Below, one piece after another: positions 17,700 through 27,712 of a stretch of DNA of 64,000 nucleotides (position 1 is its first letter; each line of letters begins with the position of its first letter). The translations under genes and the position numbers were made by a program. Origin of the DNA: Verrucomicrobiales bacterium (GTDB lineage Bacteria > Verrucomicrobiota > Verrucomicrobiia > Verrucomicrobiales > SLCJ01). Location: NCBI GenBank assembly GCA_046075565.1, contig JBJTQJ010000014.1, positions 1 to 64,000 of the forward strand, in the 5' to 3' direction. Below the pieces are notes generated by a model, which was not told the origin of the DNA, did not search any database, and saw nothing but the letters and a program-made list of their open reading frames with translations.

Positions 17700-20600
17700 T
17701 CACAACTTGGCCACCAACTCCAGCGCCTCGGCTAGGCGGGCGGGGCCGTCCTTGCCGTCGAGGCGGGGAAATTTTCCATCCACGAGGATAAAGTCGCCGC
17801 TGCGGCGGACCATGAGTTTGTGCCCTTGGATTTCGATGCTTTGGGCACGGGCACGCGCCCCCTCGACGCGCAAGGCCGTGGCATCGGCGAGAACCCGGGC
17901 CGCTGGCGGGAGCGGGCCGAATCGATCCCGCCAGTTCGCAACGAGGGCTTTGAGTTCCTTGCGGGTGACGCATTCCGCGAGTTGTTTGTAGGCGAGAACC
18001 CGTTGCGATGGTTCGGTGATCCACGAGGCCGGCAGATAAGCCGCTGTCGATTTCGGCCGACTGGCGTGTTCGGATTCGGAAAAGGCGAGAAAGTCCGTAT
18101 GCAGGACGGTTTCCACGCGCCCACCGGTGGCATGTCCGCTGAGTTTCGCCACCGATTGGCGTAGCAACTGGCAATAGAGATCAAAGCCGATATTGGCAAT
18201 GTGGCCGCTTTGCTGTACGCCAAGCAAACTGCCCGCGCCGCGGATTTCGAGGTCACGCATGGCGACTTTGAATCCGGAACCGAGAGCTGCGTATTCCTTC
18301 ATGGCGTTGAGTCGCTTGCGCGCATCCCCCGCCGCCACAAGATGACGCGGCAGCATCAGGTAGGCGTAGGCCTTGGCGCCGGAACGACCCACGCGCCCGC
18401 GCAGTTGGTAGAGATCCGCCAGCCCGAAGAGATCGGCACGGTCGATGAAGATGGTATTCGCATTCGGGATATCGATGCCGGATTCGATGATGGTGGTGGC
18501 GACCAGCACGTCGGCTTGCCCGCGCACGAAGGTATGCATCACTTCCTCGAGGTCATGGCGATCCATTTGCCCGTGCCCGACCACAACCCGAGCACCCGGA
18601 ACGAGAGCGCTGATCTTCTCCCGCACCTTCTCGATGGTCAGCACGCGGTTGTGCAAATAAAAGACCTGACCACCGCGGCGCAATTCTTCCTGCAACGCGG
18701 ACCGGATGACCCGTTCATCGTAAGCACAGACGATGGTGTGGACCGGGAGGCGGTTGGGCGGTGGCGTTTCGATGGTGCTCATCTCGCGCAACCCGACCAA
18801 CGACATATAGAGCGTGCGCGGGATGGGCGTGGCGGAAAGCGTGAGCACATCGACGAGCCGGAAGATTTCCTTGAACCGCTCCTTGTGTTTCACCCCGAAT
18901 CGTTGTTCCTCGTCGATGACCACCAATCCGAGACGCGCGAAACGCACATCAGGTGAAACGACACGGTGCGTCCCGATGACCATATCCACCGAACCATCGG
19001 CCAAGCCCGCGACAATCGCGTCTTGTTCCGCCGAACTCTGAAGACGGCATAACAACTCGACACGCACCGGGAATCCCGACATGCGCTCGCGGAAAGTGTC
19101 ATAATGCTGCTGGGCCAACACCGTGGTGGGCACGAGCACGGCGACCTGTGTGCCGCCCATGACGGCCTTGAAGGCGGCGCGAATCGCGACTTCCGTCTTA
19201 CCGAATCCCACATCACCGCAGATGAGCCGGTCCATCGGGAGCGCGGCTTCCATGTCTTCCTTGACCTGGCGAATGGCCTTGAGTTGATCCGTTGTCTCCC
19301 GGTGCGGAAAGCTATGCTCGAATTCCCATTGCCACCGCGTGTCAGGCGGATGAGCATGGCCTGCGATGGTCTGCCGCTGGGCCTGCACGCTGAGCATCCG
19401 GGCCGCATAGTCCATGATTTCCTTCTCGGCCTTGCGTCGGGTTTTTCCCCATCGGGCGTCGCCGAGCTTGGATAGCGTGGGCAGGGCATTGCCCGCACCA
19501 ACATAACGCGAGACGAGGTGCGACTGATCGAGCGGGACAAATAGCCGAGCCTCGTCGGCGTATTCGAGCACGAGAACCTCGCGTTGACCACCCTGGGTTT
19601 CCTCAAAGGCCATGCCACGGTAAATGGCGATGCCATAATCCGCATGCACGACGTTTTCGCCTTCTTCGAGGTCGCGCGCGTCCACGGCATGGCGGATCCG
19701 ACGTTGTTCGGCCTCGCGGTTGAACTTCCGCCGCGCCCGGTGGATGGGAAAGCGTCCGAAGATCTCGGCGGCCGAGAGCACGGCCAGCTTCGCCGATGGA
19801 CAAGTGAAACCGAAGGCAAGCGGGGCAACCCGTCCGTCGAGAGCCCCTAACAGATCCGGCTCACCTTCGAAGAGCCCGTGGAATCGTTCCTTCTCCCCTT
19901 CGTTCTGGAAAAGCAATGCCACCCGCCAGCCGTCCACTTTCCAACGCGCCACATCGCGGGCGAAGGACGCGTGTTTTGCTTCCGAGACCAGCAGGTCCCC
20001 GGCTTCGAAATTGCCAACCGGATTGCCATGGATGGCCAGCGCGGGAGAAATGCCTCCCTCCGGGTCATCATCGATCCAAAGTGGCACGCCTTCGATGGCT
20101 TCACCAAGAGCAATGGGCAAATCGCTATCTCCAAGCCAGGACCGGAGTTTCTCCATCTTTCCACGCTCGCTCTCGCGGTCGAGGAGGATTTCACATTTCG
20201 GAACCCGGCGGATGCTTGTCTGGGAATGGAGATCGAAGTCACGCAACGACTCCACAAGATCGCCGAAGAACTCGAGGCGTGTCGGCTGTCCGGCTTGCCA
20301 TGGGAAAACATCGAGGATACCGCCGCGAATGGCGTATTGGCCGCGCGCGAAGACCTGCGGGTGGGATTCGTAGCCCGCTTTCCGGAGATGCGCCGCGAGT
20401 TCCTCCATTTCCAACGTTTCGCCTTCGGAAACCACGCGCACCTTGCGGCGGAAACCACCGGAGGCTGGCACTTCTTCGTCCAAACTGCGAGCGACCAGCA
20501 CGACCGGTTCGCGTTCGGTGGAAGCGGCGATGGCGGCGAGCACATGCAAGCGTTCGGCGAGGATCTCGGGGTCGGCGGCTTCGACCTCCACGGGAAGATG

Positions 20601-20894
20601 TTCCTCCTCGGGCAGGAAATACGGACGATGCCCCCAGGTCTCCAATTCGGCCACGACGCGTTCTTGGTGCCGCAAGTCCTGACAGACCACCCATAAACGT
20701 TTCTCTGGCGCAACGCGGGCGAAACACGCGGCGATGAAAGCCTGGCCGCTCGTGGCAATGCCGCCGAAGTGTCCGGCTCCGGCGGTGGCCAGTCCTCGCA
20801 AGGTTTGCGCAGTGATGGCGTCGGCAAGGAAACGCTCCGGCAGATCACGCGCTCCCAACAACGGGATGGGAGATGAAGGCGCGGCGCGGGTCAT
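17700..20894 (-). CDS. mfd: Transcription-repair coupling factor
   Basis: UvrB-like N-terminus, RID/CarD domain, GDVGFGKTEVA, DEEQRFGV, SATPIPRT and QLRGRVGR; start uncertain. Confidence 0.96.
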   Translation of the reverse strand: MTRAAPSSPIPLLGARDLPERFLADAITAQTLRGLATAGAGHFGGIATSGQAFIAACFARVAPEKRLWVVCQDLRHQERVVAELETWGHRPYFLPEEEHLPVEVEAADPEILAERLHVLAAIAASTEREPVVLVARSLDEEVPASGGFRRKVRVVSEGETLEMEELAAHLRKAGYESHPQVFARGQYAIRGGILDVFPWQAGQPTRLEFFGDLVESLRDFDLHSQTSIRRVPKCEILLDRESERGKMEKLRSWLGDSDLPIALGEAIEGVPLWIDDDPEGGISPALAIHGNPVGNFEAGDLLVSEAKHASFARDVARWKVDGWRVALLFQNEGEKERFHGLFEGEPDLLGALDGRVAPLAFGFTCPSAKLAVLSAAEIFGRFPIHRARRKFNREAEQRRIRHAVDARDLEEGENVVHADYGIAIYRGMAFEETQGGQREVLVLEYADEARLFVPLDQSHLVSRYVGAGNALPTLSKLGDARWGKTRRKAEKEIMDYAARMLSVQAQRQTIAGHAHPPDTRWQWEFEHSFPHRETTDQLKAIRQVKEDMEAALPMDRLICGDVGFGKTEVAIRAAFKAVMGGTQVAVLVPTTVLAQQHYDTFRERMSGFPVRVELLCRLQSSAEQDAIVAGLADGSVDMVIGTHRVVSPDVRFARLGLVVIDEEQRFGVKHKERFKEIFRLVDVLTLSATPIPRTLYMSLVGLREMSTIETPPPNRLPVHTIVCAYDERVIRSALQEELRRGGQVFYLHNRVLTIEKVREKISALVPGARVVVGHGQMDRHDLEEVMHTFVRGQADVLVATTIIESGIDIPNANTIFIDRADLFGLADLYQLRGRVGRSGAKAYAYLMLPRHLVAAGDARKRLNAMKEYAALGSGFKVAMRDLEIRGAGSLLGVQQSGHIANIGFDLYCQLLRQSVAKLSGHATGGRVETVLHTDFLAFSESEHASRPKSTAAYLPASWITEPSQRVLAYKQLAECVTRKELKALVANWRDRFGPLPPAARVLADATALRVEGARARAQSIEIQGHKLMVRRSGDFILVDGKFPRLDGKDGPARLAEALELVAKL

Positions 20895-21048
20895 GGGAAG
20901 AGCGTTACGATCCGCGCGCACCGGGCGGCGTCAAGCTTCGGACATCCTGACCTCAGAGGAAGCGGCATGAGCCTGGTTGAACCTTGCGGTTGTGCCAGAA
21001 GCCGGGCCAATGCGCCGCACCTTGGCTCACCGCTGGAACACGCGCCTT

Positions 21049-21366
21049 TCACGGGACATCAAGCCGCCGAAACTCCCCCGGAGCGATGGTCTCGACAGCC
21101 GCCTGAACTGCTTTGGAGGCGGCAAGGATGCGGCGGAGATCGTTGGAAGTCAGTTCGAGGATAGCAATCCGCCGATCGGCCAGATTCTGCTGGTAGCGAA
21201 TGTTCTGGTCGGAAGTGATGAACAGGTCAAATTCCTTTTCCGCAAGGCAGAGCAAATCGCCATTCTTGATTCCGCACCACCCGTGCCGCTGGGCGGTAGT
21301 GCAATCGTGGCCAATGAACAGCTTCTGCATCGGCCAAGGCACGCATTCATCAAGCGGAATCTTCAT
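21049..21366 (-). CDS. DUF5615 PIN-like toxin (VapC45-like)
   Basis: MKIPLDECVP...GWCGIKNGDLL...FITSDQNIRYQQNL; ATGA overlap with the upstream antitoxin. Confidence 0.85.
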   Translation of the reverse strand: MKIPLDECVPWPMQKLFIGHDCTTAQRHGWCGIKNGDLLCLAEKEFDLFITSDQNIRYQQNLADRRIAILELTSNDLRRILAASKAVQAAVETIAPGEFRRLDVP

Positions 21367-21575
21367 GTCATGGCAAGCAGGGCCGATTCGGAGCGTTCCA
21401 GCAACGAGCGAGCAGCCTCTCGGGACACCGACGGGAAACATTCCAAGAACTCTTCCAATGTGTAGTTGTTCTCCAGATAATCGAACAAAGTCTTCACTGG
21501 CACACGCGTCCCCTTGAAAACGGGAACCCCGCCCAGGATATCGGGATCAACCGTGATCAAATCCGTGGCGTTCAT
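21363..21575 (-). CDS. DUF433 antitoxin
   Basis: MNATDLITVDPDILGGVPVFKGTRVPVKTLFDYLE...EEFLECFPSV. Confidence 0.92.
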   Translation of the reverse strand: MNATDLITVDPDILGGVPVFKGTRVPVKTLFDYLENNYTLEEFLECFPSVSREAARSLLERSESALLAMT

Positions 21576-21582
21576 ACTTTCC

Positions 21583-21611
21583 ACCCTAATTCCAACCATC
21601 GAGAGTGTCAA
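21583..21611 (-). promoter_or_regulatory. Sigma70 promoter of the DUF433-DUF5615 TA operon
   Basis: Minus strand TTGACA-N17-TAGGGT, 7 nt before the ATG. Confidence 0.65.
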
Positions 21612-21670
21612 CGGTAGAGGCAAGACTCGCGGAGCTGCGTCAACCGTCCGCCCGCTCCGGGAACTCCATC

Positions 21671-22312
21671 TCACTTCAGGTATTTCAACGCCACGAAGCC
21701 ACCCACGCCCACGATGGTCACTGCAAGCAGGACCCACTCGAGGTATTTCTCGATGAACGGACGGATTTTCGCTCCGTAATGGTGGATCAACCAGGCCACG
21801 AGGAAAAACCGGAATCCACGCCCGACGATGGAGGCCACGATCAGCAGGGGCAAGCTGTAGTGCAGGAAGCCCGAGGCGATGGTGAAGACTTTGTAAGGAA
21901 TCGGTGTGATGGCGGCGATCAGAATACCAAGGAAGCCGTATTCATTATACCAGGCTTCGACCTTCACCCAGGCGTGTTTCTCCGGATCGAAAATGTTGAT
22001 GATCCGCACACCGACGGGCTCGTAAAGCGCATGGCCGATATACCAGCCGAAAACCCCACCGAGAACGGAACCGACCGTGCACCAGAAGGCGAGTTTGGCC
22101 CATTTCTGTGGTTTTGAAAAGCAGAGTGCGATCAGCAGCACATCGGGAGGGATCGGAAAGAATGATGATTCGATGAACGCGATCGCGAAAAGAATCGGCA
22201 CGGCATGGGGGTGCTCGGCCCAGCCCAGGGTCCAGTTATACATGCGGCGAATGATGCCCGGCTTCTTGGCCGGGACGGTAGCGGGCGGGGAGACTGATTC
22301 CGGTTGGTCCAT
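21671..22312 (-). CDS. YqaA/DedA family membrane protein
   Basis: AFIESSFFPIPPDVLL, TPIPYKVFTIASG and GRGFRFF. Confidence 0.9.
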   Translation of the reverse strand: MDQPESVSPPATVPAKKPGIIRRMYNWTLGWAEHPHAVPILFAIAFIESSFFPIPPDVLLIALCFSKPQKWAKLAFWCTVGSVLGGVFGWYIGHALYEPVGVRIINIFDPEKHAWVKVEAWYNEYGFLGILIAAITPIPYKVFTIASGFLHYSLPLLIVASIVGRGFRFFLVAWLIHHYGAKIRPFIEKYLEWVLLAVTIVGVGGFVALKYLK

Positions 22313-22513
22313 AAGAGCGCCAAATCTGCGGGCAAGCGGGGATGGGGTCAAGCCCGACCGTTCCGCAAAAACGCGGGTGGATAATCCGTCTGGTTTCGGT
22401 CCGCTTACTCCCGGCCCGCGGCCATGACGGGTAGAGCCTGATTCCAGGAACAAAAATCTGATTCTTCAGGAGGCGGCGCTTGCAATCGCGGGGACCCGCC
22501 CGGATCGTAGAGG

Positions 22514-23716
22514 GTGACGTCCCGTCCCATCGCGCTACACCCTTTTCCCCAACCCGTTTCCCTTACCGGAGCGGGGCTTGCCTGCGCTTTGGGTATGGAT
22601 TTGCCGAGCTGCCTGGCAACAATTGTCGACGGACCTCCGGCGCTGCGGCCGCTCGCCGAATGCGGCCTTCCCTTTCCGGCAGGCCTTGGTGCCCTGCCCT
22701 GCGGGTGGGTGCCGGACCGATCGTTTTTCAAGGGCCGACGCTATGGAGCCGCAGCCAATGCCGCTATCCATGTGGCCCGCGAAGCCATCTCCGCCGCCAA
22801 CTGGGGGAAAGAGGAAACCCGCTCCGCTTGGCTCTACGTGGGCACCAGCCGGGGAAATGTGGGCGAACGTGCCGGGGCATGGACCGCGCGGCGGGCCATC
22901 AGAAAGTTCGCCGCCAGCAATACCATGCACAGCGAAATCGCCGCTGCCGTGAGCCTCCGGCTCGGTATCGATGGCCCATGGCAGGTGATCAGCAACGGTT
23001 GTGCAGCAGGTCTCGACGCCCTCGGCCACGCGGCCCTTGCCGTGGCTCTGGGATGGACTCCGCGAGCGGTCGTGGTCGCCGTGGATTTGCCATTGGTTCT
23101 CCCTTTGCTCGAGGACTTCGCCAGCACCGGATTGCTTTCGACCCACCATCGGAATGACCCGTATGCGAACGACACGGCGGGTTTCTTCCCGGGGGAAGGT
23201 GTGGCCGCGCTAATCTTGGAATCCGCAGGATCTGGCCGCCGGGTTTGGGCGAACCTGCTCGGCTACGCTGCCAACAATGACGGGCACGATGCCATCGGCC
23301 TCCCGCCGGATGGTGCTCCACTGGCCGAATTGATGCAGGCTCTGGCGGCACTTGCACCGGGACCATTGGCCGGCCTTGTCTCCCATGCCACCGGTACCTC
23401 CGCCCACCGCACTTCCGAAACCGCCGCCCTCGACCAGGCCTTTCCACGCGAGACCGCCCGCCCGGACCTTTTCGCCTTCAAACCCTTCACCGGTCATGCC
23501 CTCGGGGCCAGCGGACTGGTGGATGTCGCGCTTCTGGCCGGATTTTTCGCCCGTGGATTGGGCCCGGTCAATCCCGTTGGACTGAGCGCGCCCTCGCCGG
23601 GCTGGGCTTTGCCGGAGAAATCCCGCAGCCTCGAAGCAGGTGAGACCTACCTGAAAGTCGCAGCGGGAATGGGCGGCCACAACGCCGGGATGTTGATCCA
23701 ATCCCCCGCCGTGTGA
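22514..23716 (+). CDS. Beta-ketoacyl-ACP synthase-like protein (FabF/FabB fold)
   Basis: Cys-His-His triad: SNGCAAG, SHATGT, KPFTGHALGASG; ends GMGGHNA. Confidence 0.85.
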   Translation: MTSRPIALHPFPQPVSLTGAGLACALGMDLPSCLATIVDGPPALRPLAECGLPFPAGLGALPCGWVPDRSFFKGRRYGAAANAAIHVAREAISAANWGKEETRSAWLYVGTSRGNVGERAGAWTARRAIRKFAASNTMHSEIAAAVSLRLGIDGPWQVISNGCAAGLDALGHAALAVALGWTPRAVVVAVDLPLVLPLLEDFASTGLLSTHHRNDPYANDTAGFFPGEGVAALILESAGSGRRVWANLLGYAANNDGHDAIGLPPDGAPLAELMQALAALAPGPLAGLVSHATGTSAHRTSETAALDQAFPRETARPDLFAFKPFTGHALGASGLVDVALLAGFFARGLGPVNPVGLSAPSPGWALPEKSRSLEAGETYLKVAAGMGGHNAGMLIQSPAV

Positions 23717-23745
23717 AAAAAGTTTTGCCCAGACGTCGGAAAAAG

Positions 23746-23774
23746 TTGCAATCTTTCAGCGAATTTCTTATTCT
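23746..23774 (+). promoter_or_regulatory. Sigma70 promoter of the prepilin-like gene
   Basis: TTGCAA-N17-TATTCT. Confidence 0.6.
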
Positions 23775-23871
23775 AAACTTGTCCGGCCGAACCGAGTGAT
23801 TCACGCCGGTCGTCATAAGCGGGTACGAAAGTCCCGCGCCTTAAAAACAAGCAAAGAAAGCACTACTACCC

Positions 23872-24582
23872 ATGAAACTGAAACATGCGAAACCCCACGG
23901 GTTCACTCTGATTGAACTCCTGGTTGTTATGACCATCATCGCCGTGCTGGCCACGGTCGGCTTCTCCGCCTTCGGTAAGGCGCGTGAAACCGCAAACCGC
24001 ACCGCCGCCACGTCGAACATGAAACAAATCCACTTGGCCATGTCCGGCTATGCTTCGGATAACAACGACGCATTCCCAGACAAAAAGGGTGCGGCCGCTT
24101 CCGATGTGGCCGCCACCACCGCCAACCAGGCATTCAGGAAGCTGATTCCCGGTTACCTGACCGACGAGCGCACCTTCCAAGTCAAAGGTTCGCCATCGTC
24201 GAGACACAACGACGGTAACACCGATCAGGAATCGGATCGTTTGGCTGCTGGTGAAAACCACTACGCCGTGGGTGCTGATATGACCGCCACTTCGAACGGC
24301 AACTATCCCCTCATTTGGGAAACCGGCACCTCGGGCGATGAGACCTATGCTCCTAGTTGGACGAAGGGCAACCGCGACGTCTGGGGCGGTTCGTGGTCCG
24401 ATGGTTCCGTGCTGATCATCACCGTCAGCGGTGGCGTGCAGCAGAAGAAACTCGATCTGCCGAGCAGTGCCAACGAAGGCGAATCGGCCACCATCGTCAA
24501 GGACGGCCAGCGCACGATCTTCGAGCAACGCAAGAACGCCAATTCCAACGCCCGTGGCCTGGGTCCTGAGCGCAAGGAATAA
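23872..24582 (+). CDS. Prepilin-type N-terminal cleavage/methylation domain protein
   Basis: HGFTLIELLVVMTIIAVLA followed by SNMKQI. Confidence 0.92.
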   Translation: MKLKHAKPHGFTLIELLVVMTIIAVLATVGFSAFGKARETANRTAATSNMKQIHLAMSGYASDNNDAFPDKKGAAASDVAATTANQAFRKLIPGYLTDERTFQVKGSPSSRHNDGNTDQESDRLAAGENHYAVGADMTATSNGNYPLIWETGTSGDETYAPSWTKGNRDVWGGSWSDGSVLIITVSGGVQQKKLDLPSSANEGESATIVKDGQRTIFEQRKNANSNARGLGPERKE

Positions 24583-24611
24583 TTGAACGAGCTTCTTGCC
24601 TGATTCAACCC

Positions 24612-24643
24612 GCCTCCCGGTCCTCGTGGCCGGGAGGCTTTTT
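24612..24643 (+). terminator. Rho-independent terminator
   Basis: gcctcccgg-N9-ccgggaggc followed by ttttt. Confidence 0.85.
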
Positions 24644-24672
24644 CTTTCTTAAGATTCTTCCTGCCCCACCCC

Positions 24673-25104
24673 ATGCTCGACGTCGCCTGTGCCATCATCC
24701 TGCGTGCCGATGGCACCGCCATGGCCGCCCGGCGCGGGCCGACCATGCGACTGCCCGGGCTATGGGAATTTCCCGGCGGCAAACTCGAACCCGGGGAATG
24801 CTCGGCTGGTGCCCTCATGCGTGAAATTGAGGAAGAACTCAGGGTCAGGATCCGCCTTTTGCGGGAGTTACCACCGGTGGACCATCACTACGCTGACTTC
24901 TCCATCCGGCTGCACCCCTGGATTTGCGAAATTGCCCAGGGCGAACCCGAGCCCATGGAACACGCGGAAATCCGCTGGGTGAATGCGGCCGCCTTGCCTG
25001 ACTTGGACTGGGCGGCAGCGGATCTTCCCGTGTTGGAAGCTCTGCTTGAACTCGCGCGTTCACCGGGAGAGAATCCCGATCTTCGGCGATTGATCGGGAG
25101 ATAG
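24673..25104 (+). CDS. MutT/NudG-like NUDIX (deoxy)nucleoside triphosphate pyrophosphohydrolase
   Basis: WEFPGGKLEPGE...ALMREIEEEL Nudix box; WAAAD. Confidence 0.92.
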   Translation: MLDVACAIILRADGTAMAARRGPTMRLPGLWEFPGGKLEPGECSAGALMREIEEELRVRIRLLRELPPVDHHYADFSIRLHPWICEIAQGEPEPMEHAEIRWVNAAALPDLDWAAADLPVLEALLELARSPGENPDLRRLIGR

Positions 25105-25327
25105 TTCACCCTCACGATTGGGCATGATGAAAAGCCGGAAGCCGGTGGTTGAGCGCAGTGGCACCACAGGGTCTTCCGAGAGATCTGCCGCACCCCGGCC
25201 GGGGGCAAGAGAAAGGGAATCCGGGTCCGATGGTGTCCCGCGCGAGACCCGGTGAAATTTGTGATCCGCTGATCTTGACCATGGTCGATTTTTCCCCGAT
25301 GGTTTGCCCCACTTCCACCGACCGCCC

Positions 25328-26923
25328 ATGAGCAAGACCCGAGTTCTCGTCGCCGACCCGATTGCCGAAGCCGGCATCGCCGCCCTTCAAGAAGATCCAA
25401 GCCTGGAGGTGGATGTGCGCATCGGCATTTCGAAAGAGGACCTGATTCGCGACGCCGGCCTTTACAACGCCATCGTCGTTCGTTCGCAGACAAAAATCGG
25501 TGCGGATGTGATGGCCAAGGCGGACAAACTCCGGGTCATCGGCCGGGCCGGGGTCGGGGTGGACAACATCGATGTCGAAGCCGCCACCGCCCGCGGGGTG
25601 ATTGTAATGAACACCCCCGGCGGCAACACCATCTCCACGGCCGAACACGCCTTTACCCTCATGATGGCCATGGCCCGCCACATCGGCCACGCCCATGCCA
25701 GCACTTCCGACGGCAAGTGGGAGCGCAAAAAGTTCGAAGGTGTCGAGTTGTATAACAAAACGCTTTCCATCCTCGGCATGGGACGCATCGGCTCGGAGTT
25801 CGCCCGCCGCGCCATGGCCTTCGGCATGCGGGTGATTGCCTTTGATCCCTACCTCTCCGCCAGCCGGGCCAAATTGATGCGCGTCGAACTGGCCGAGTCC
25901 CTCGAAGACGCGCTCAAGGAGGCCGACTTCATCACCATGCACATGCCGATGACGCCGGAAACAAAACACATGCTCAATCGCGATCGCCTCGCGCTCTGCA
26001 AGAAGGGTGTTCGCATCGTGAACTGCGCGCGTGGCGGACTCATTGACGAAGATGCCCTGCTGGAAGGTCTTGAAAGCGGCCAGGTTGGCGGTGTCGCCCT
26101 CGATGTTTTCGAAAACGAACCCCCGCCCGCAGACCATCCCTTGCTCAAACACCCGAAGGTAACGCTCAGCCCGCACCTCGGGGCCAGCACGGCCGAAGCC
26201 CAGGAAAACGTGGGCATCGAGATCGCCTTGAATGTGCGGAAGCACCTTCAGGACGGCACCGTGATCAATGCCGTCAACATGCCGAGCATTGATGAGAAGA
26301 CGTTGGCCGTGGTCGGCCCCTACCTGACCTTCGTCGAAGCACTGGGTCGCATGGCCTCCAACCTCGCGCCCGCCAATGCCGATCGTTTCCGCATCGAATA
26401 CAGCGGCAAAGTCGCGGAGATGGACACCTCGCTCATTTCCCGCGCCGGCTTGGCCGGTTTCCTCAAACATGCCTTCGACGCCCACAGTCTGAATTACCTC
26501 AATGCCCCCGCCCAGGCGAAAAAACTCGGCCTGCAGGTGAGCGAGTCGCGCAATCCGAACGCGGTGGATTTCACCGACCTGATTCTCATAGAGGCCATCA
26601 GCGGAGACACCACCACCACCGTCGCCGGCACCTTCTTCGGCGGACGTCCGCGGGTCGTGCGCATCAATGACTACATGGTGGAATGCGAGGCCGCCGGCCA
26701 CATCCTCATGGTCGAGAACAACGACGCTCCCGGCACGGTCGGCATGGTTGGCACCCTGCTCGGCAAACACCAGATCAATATTGCCAACATGGCGCTGTCA
26801 CGGAATGTCGAAGGTGGCACCGCCGTCACCCTCATCAACACCGACAGCACCATTACCGAATCCGTGATCGAGGAATTGCGCGCCCAGCCGAACATCCTCG
26901 CCGTCCGCGCCATCTCGGTCTGA
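25328..26923 (+). CDS. serA: D-3-phosphoglycerate dehydrogenase (long ASB+ACT form)
   Basis: RAGVGVDNID, GMGRIG, NCARGG, PHLGASTAEAQ and a C-terminal ACT domain. Confidence 0.96.
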   Translation: MSKTRVLVADPIAEAGIAALQEDPSLEVDVRIGISKEDLIRDAGLYNAIVVRSQTKIGADVMAKADKLRVIGRAGVGVDNIDVEAATARGVIVMNTPGGNTISTAEHAFTLMMAMARHIGHAHASTSDGKWERKKFEGVELYNKTLSILGMGRIGSEFARRAMAFGMRVIAFDPYLSASRAKLMRVELAESLEDALKEADFITMHMPMTPETKHMLNRDRLALCKKGVRIVNCARGGLIDEDALLEGLESGQVGGVALDVFENEPPPADHPLLKHPKVTLSPHLGASTAEAQENVGIEIALNVRKHLQDGTVINAVNMPSIDEKTLAVVGPYLTFVEALGRMASNLAPANADRFRIEYSGKVAEMDTSLISRAGLAGFLKHAFDAHSLNYLNAPAQAKKLGLQVSESRNPNAVDFTDLILIEAISGDTTTTVAGTFFGGRPRVVRINDYMVECEAAGHILMVENNDAPGTVGMVGTLLGKHQINIANMALSRNVEGGTAVTLINTDSTITESVIEELRAQPNILAVRAISV

Positions 26924-26942
26924 CCCGCGTCCGGATCCGGCC

Positions 26943-27647
26943 ATGATTGTCTCCTGCCCGTCGCCCGGTTGCGGCCACGCCCACCGGATTCCGGTTTCGG
27001 CGCTCGGGGAAAGACTTTTATGCGTATCCTGTGGATGTGGTTTCCGCGCCGCCGAACGCTGGTTCGAAGGACGCGATTTCGTGATCTACGATCTTGAGAC
27101 CACCGGCTTGTATCCGGAGCAAGACGAGTTCATCCAGATCGCGGCGGTGAGATTCCGTGACGGTTGCCTTTGCCGGGGCGAAACATTCCACGCCTACGCG
27201 CGCCCGCGACGGCCCATCTCCTCATTCATCGAAAACTACACCGGCGTGACCAATGCCCATGTGCGTGGGGCCCCGCGGCCGGAGGAAGTTCTCGCCGACT
27301 TCGCCGGCTTCAGTGGCAACGCGACCCTCATCGCCCACAATGGGAAGCGGTTCGACGCGAAATTCCTCGAAGCCACCTGCCACCGTCACCGTCTCTCGGC
27401 CCGCCCGGTCGAATGCATCGACTCGATCCAATTGTCGAAACTCGCCTTCGGTAGAACCCGGGGCATCGGGCATTCCATGGATCACCTCATGTCGCGCCTC
27501 GGTCTCGGCCAGGGAAATTTCCGCCGCCACGACGCGCGTGGTGACGTCGAGGTGTTAGGAGAAGCCGTGGCCCGGCTGCGGGACCTGCTCGGCCTCGACA
27601 AAGCGCTCAATGGAGTCGCGAGGCACCAGACGTTGTTGCCGGTGTGA
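26943..27647 (+). CDS. DEDDh 3'-5' exonuclease (DnaQ/PolC-like) with an N-terminal zinc finger
   Basis: ExoI DLETTG, ExoII AHNGKRFD, ExoIII HDARGD; N-terminal CPSPGC...CVSC. Confidence 0.88.
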   Translation: MIVSCPSPGCGHAHRIPVSALGERLLCVSCGCGFRAAERWFEGRDFVIYDLETTGLYPEQDEFIQIAAVRFRDGCLCRGETFHAYARPRRPISSFIENYTGVTNAHVRGAPRPEEVLADFAGFSGNATLIAHNGKRFDAKFLEATCHRHRLSARPVECIDSIQLSKLAFGRTRGIGHSMDHLMSRLGLGQGNFRRHDARGDVEVLGEAVARLRDLLGLDKALNGVARHQTLLPV

Positions 27648-27712
27648 CATTCATAAAAAACGAGCACGGGCAGGCCGGCATGTCTCACACTTTTCTCCCC
27701 TGCAGGGCGGCT

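Noticed and set aside
21355-21366. Pro in the first strand of the DUF5615 toxin (MKIPLDE) as a sign of inactivation
   Set aside because: The acidic active-site residues and the reading frame appear intact, so one substitution is insufficient evidence.
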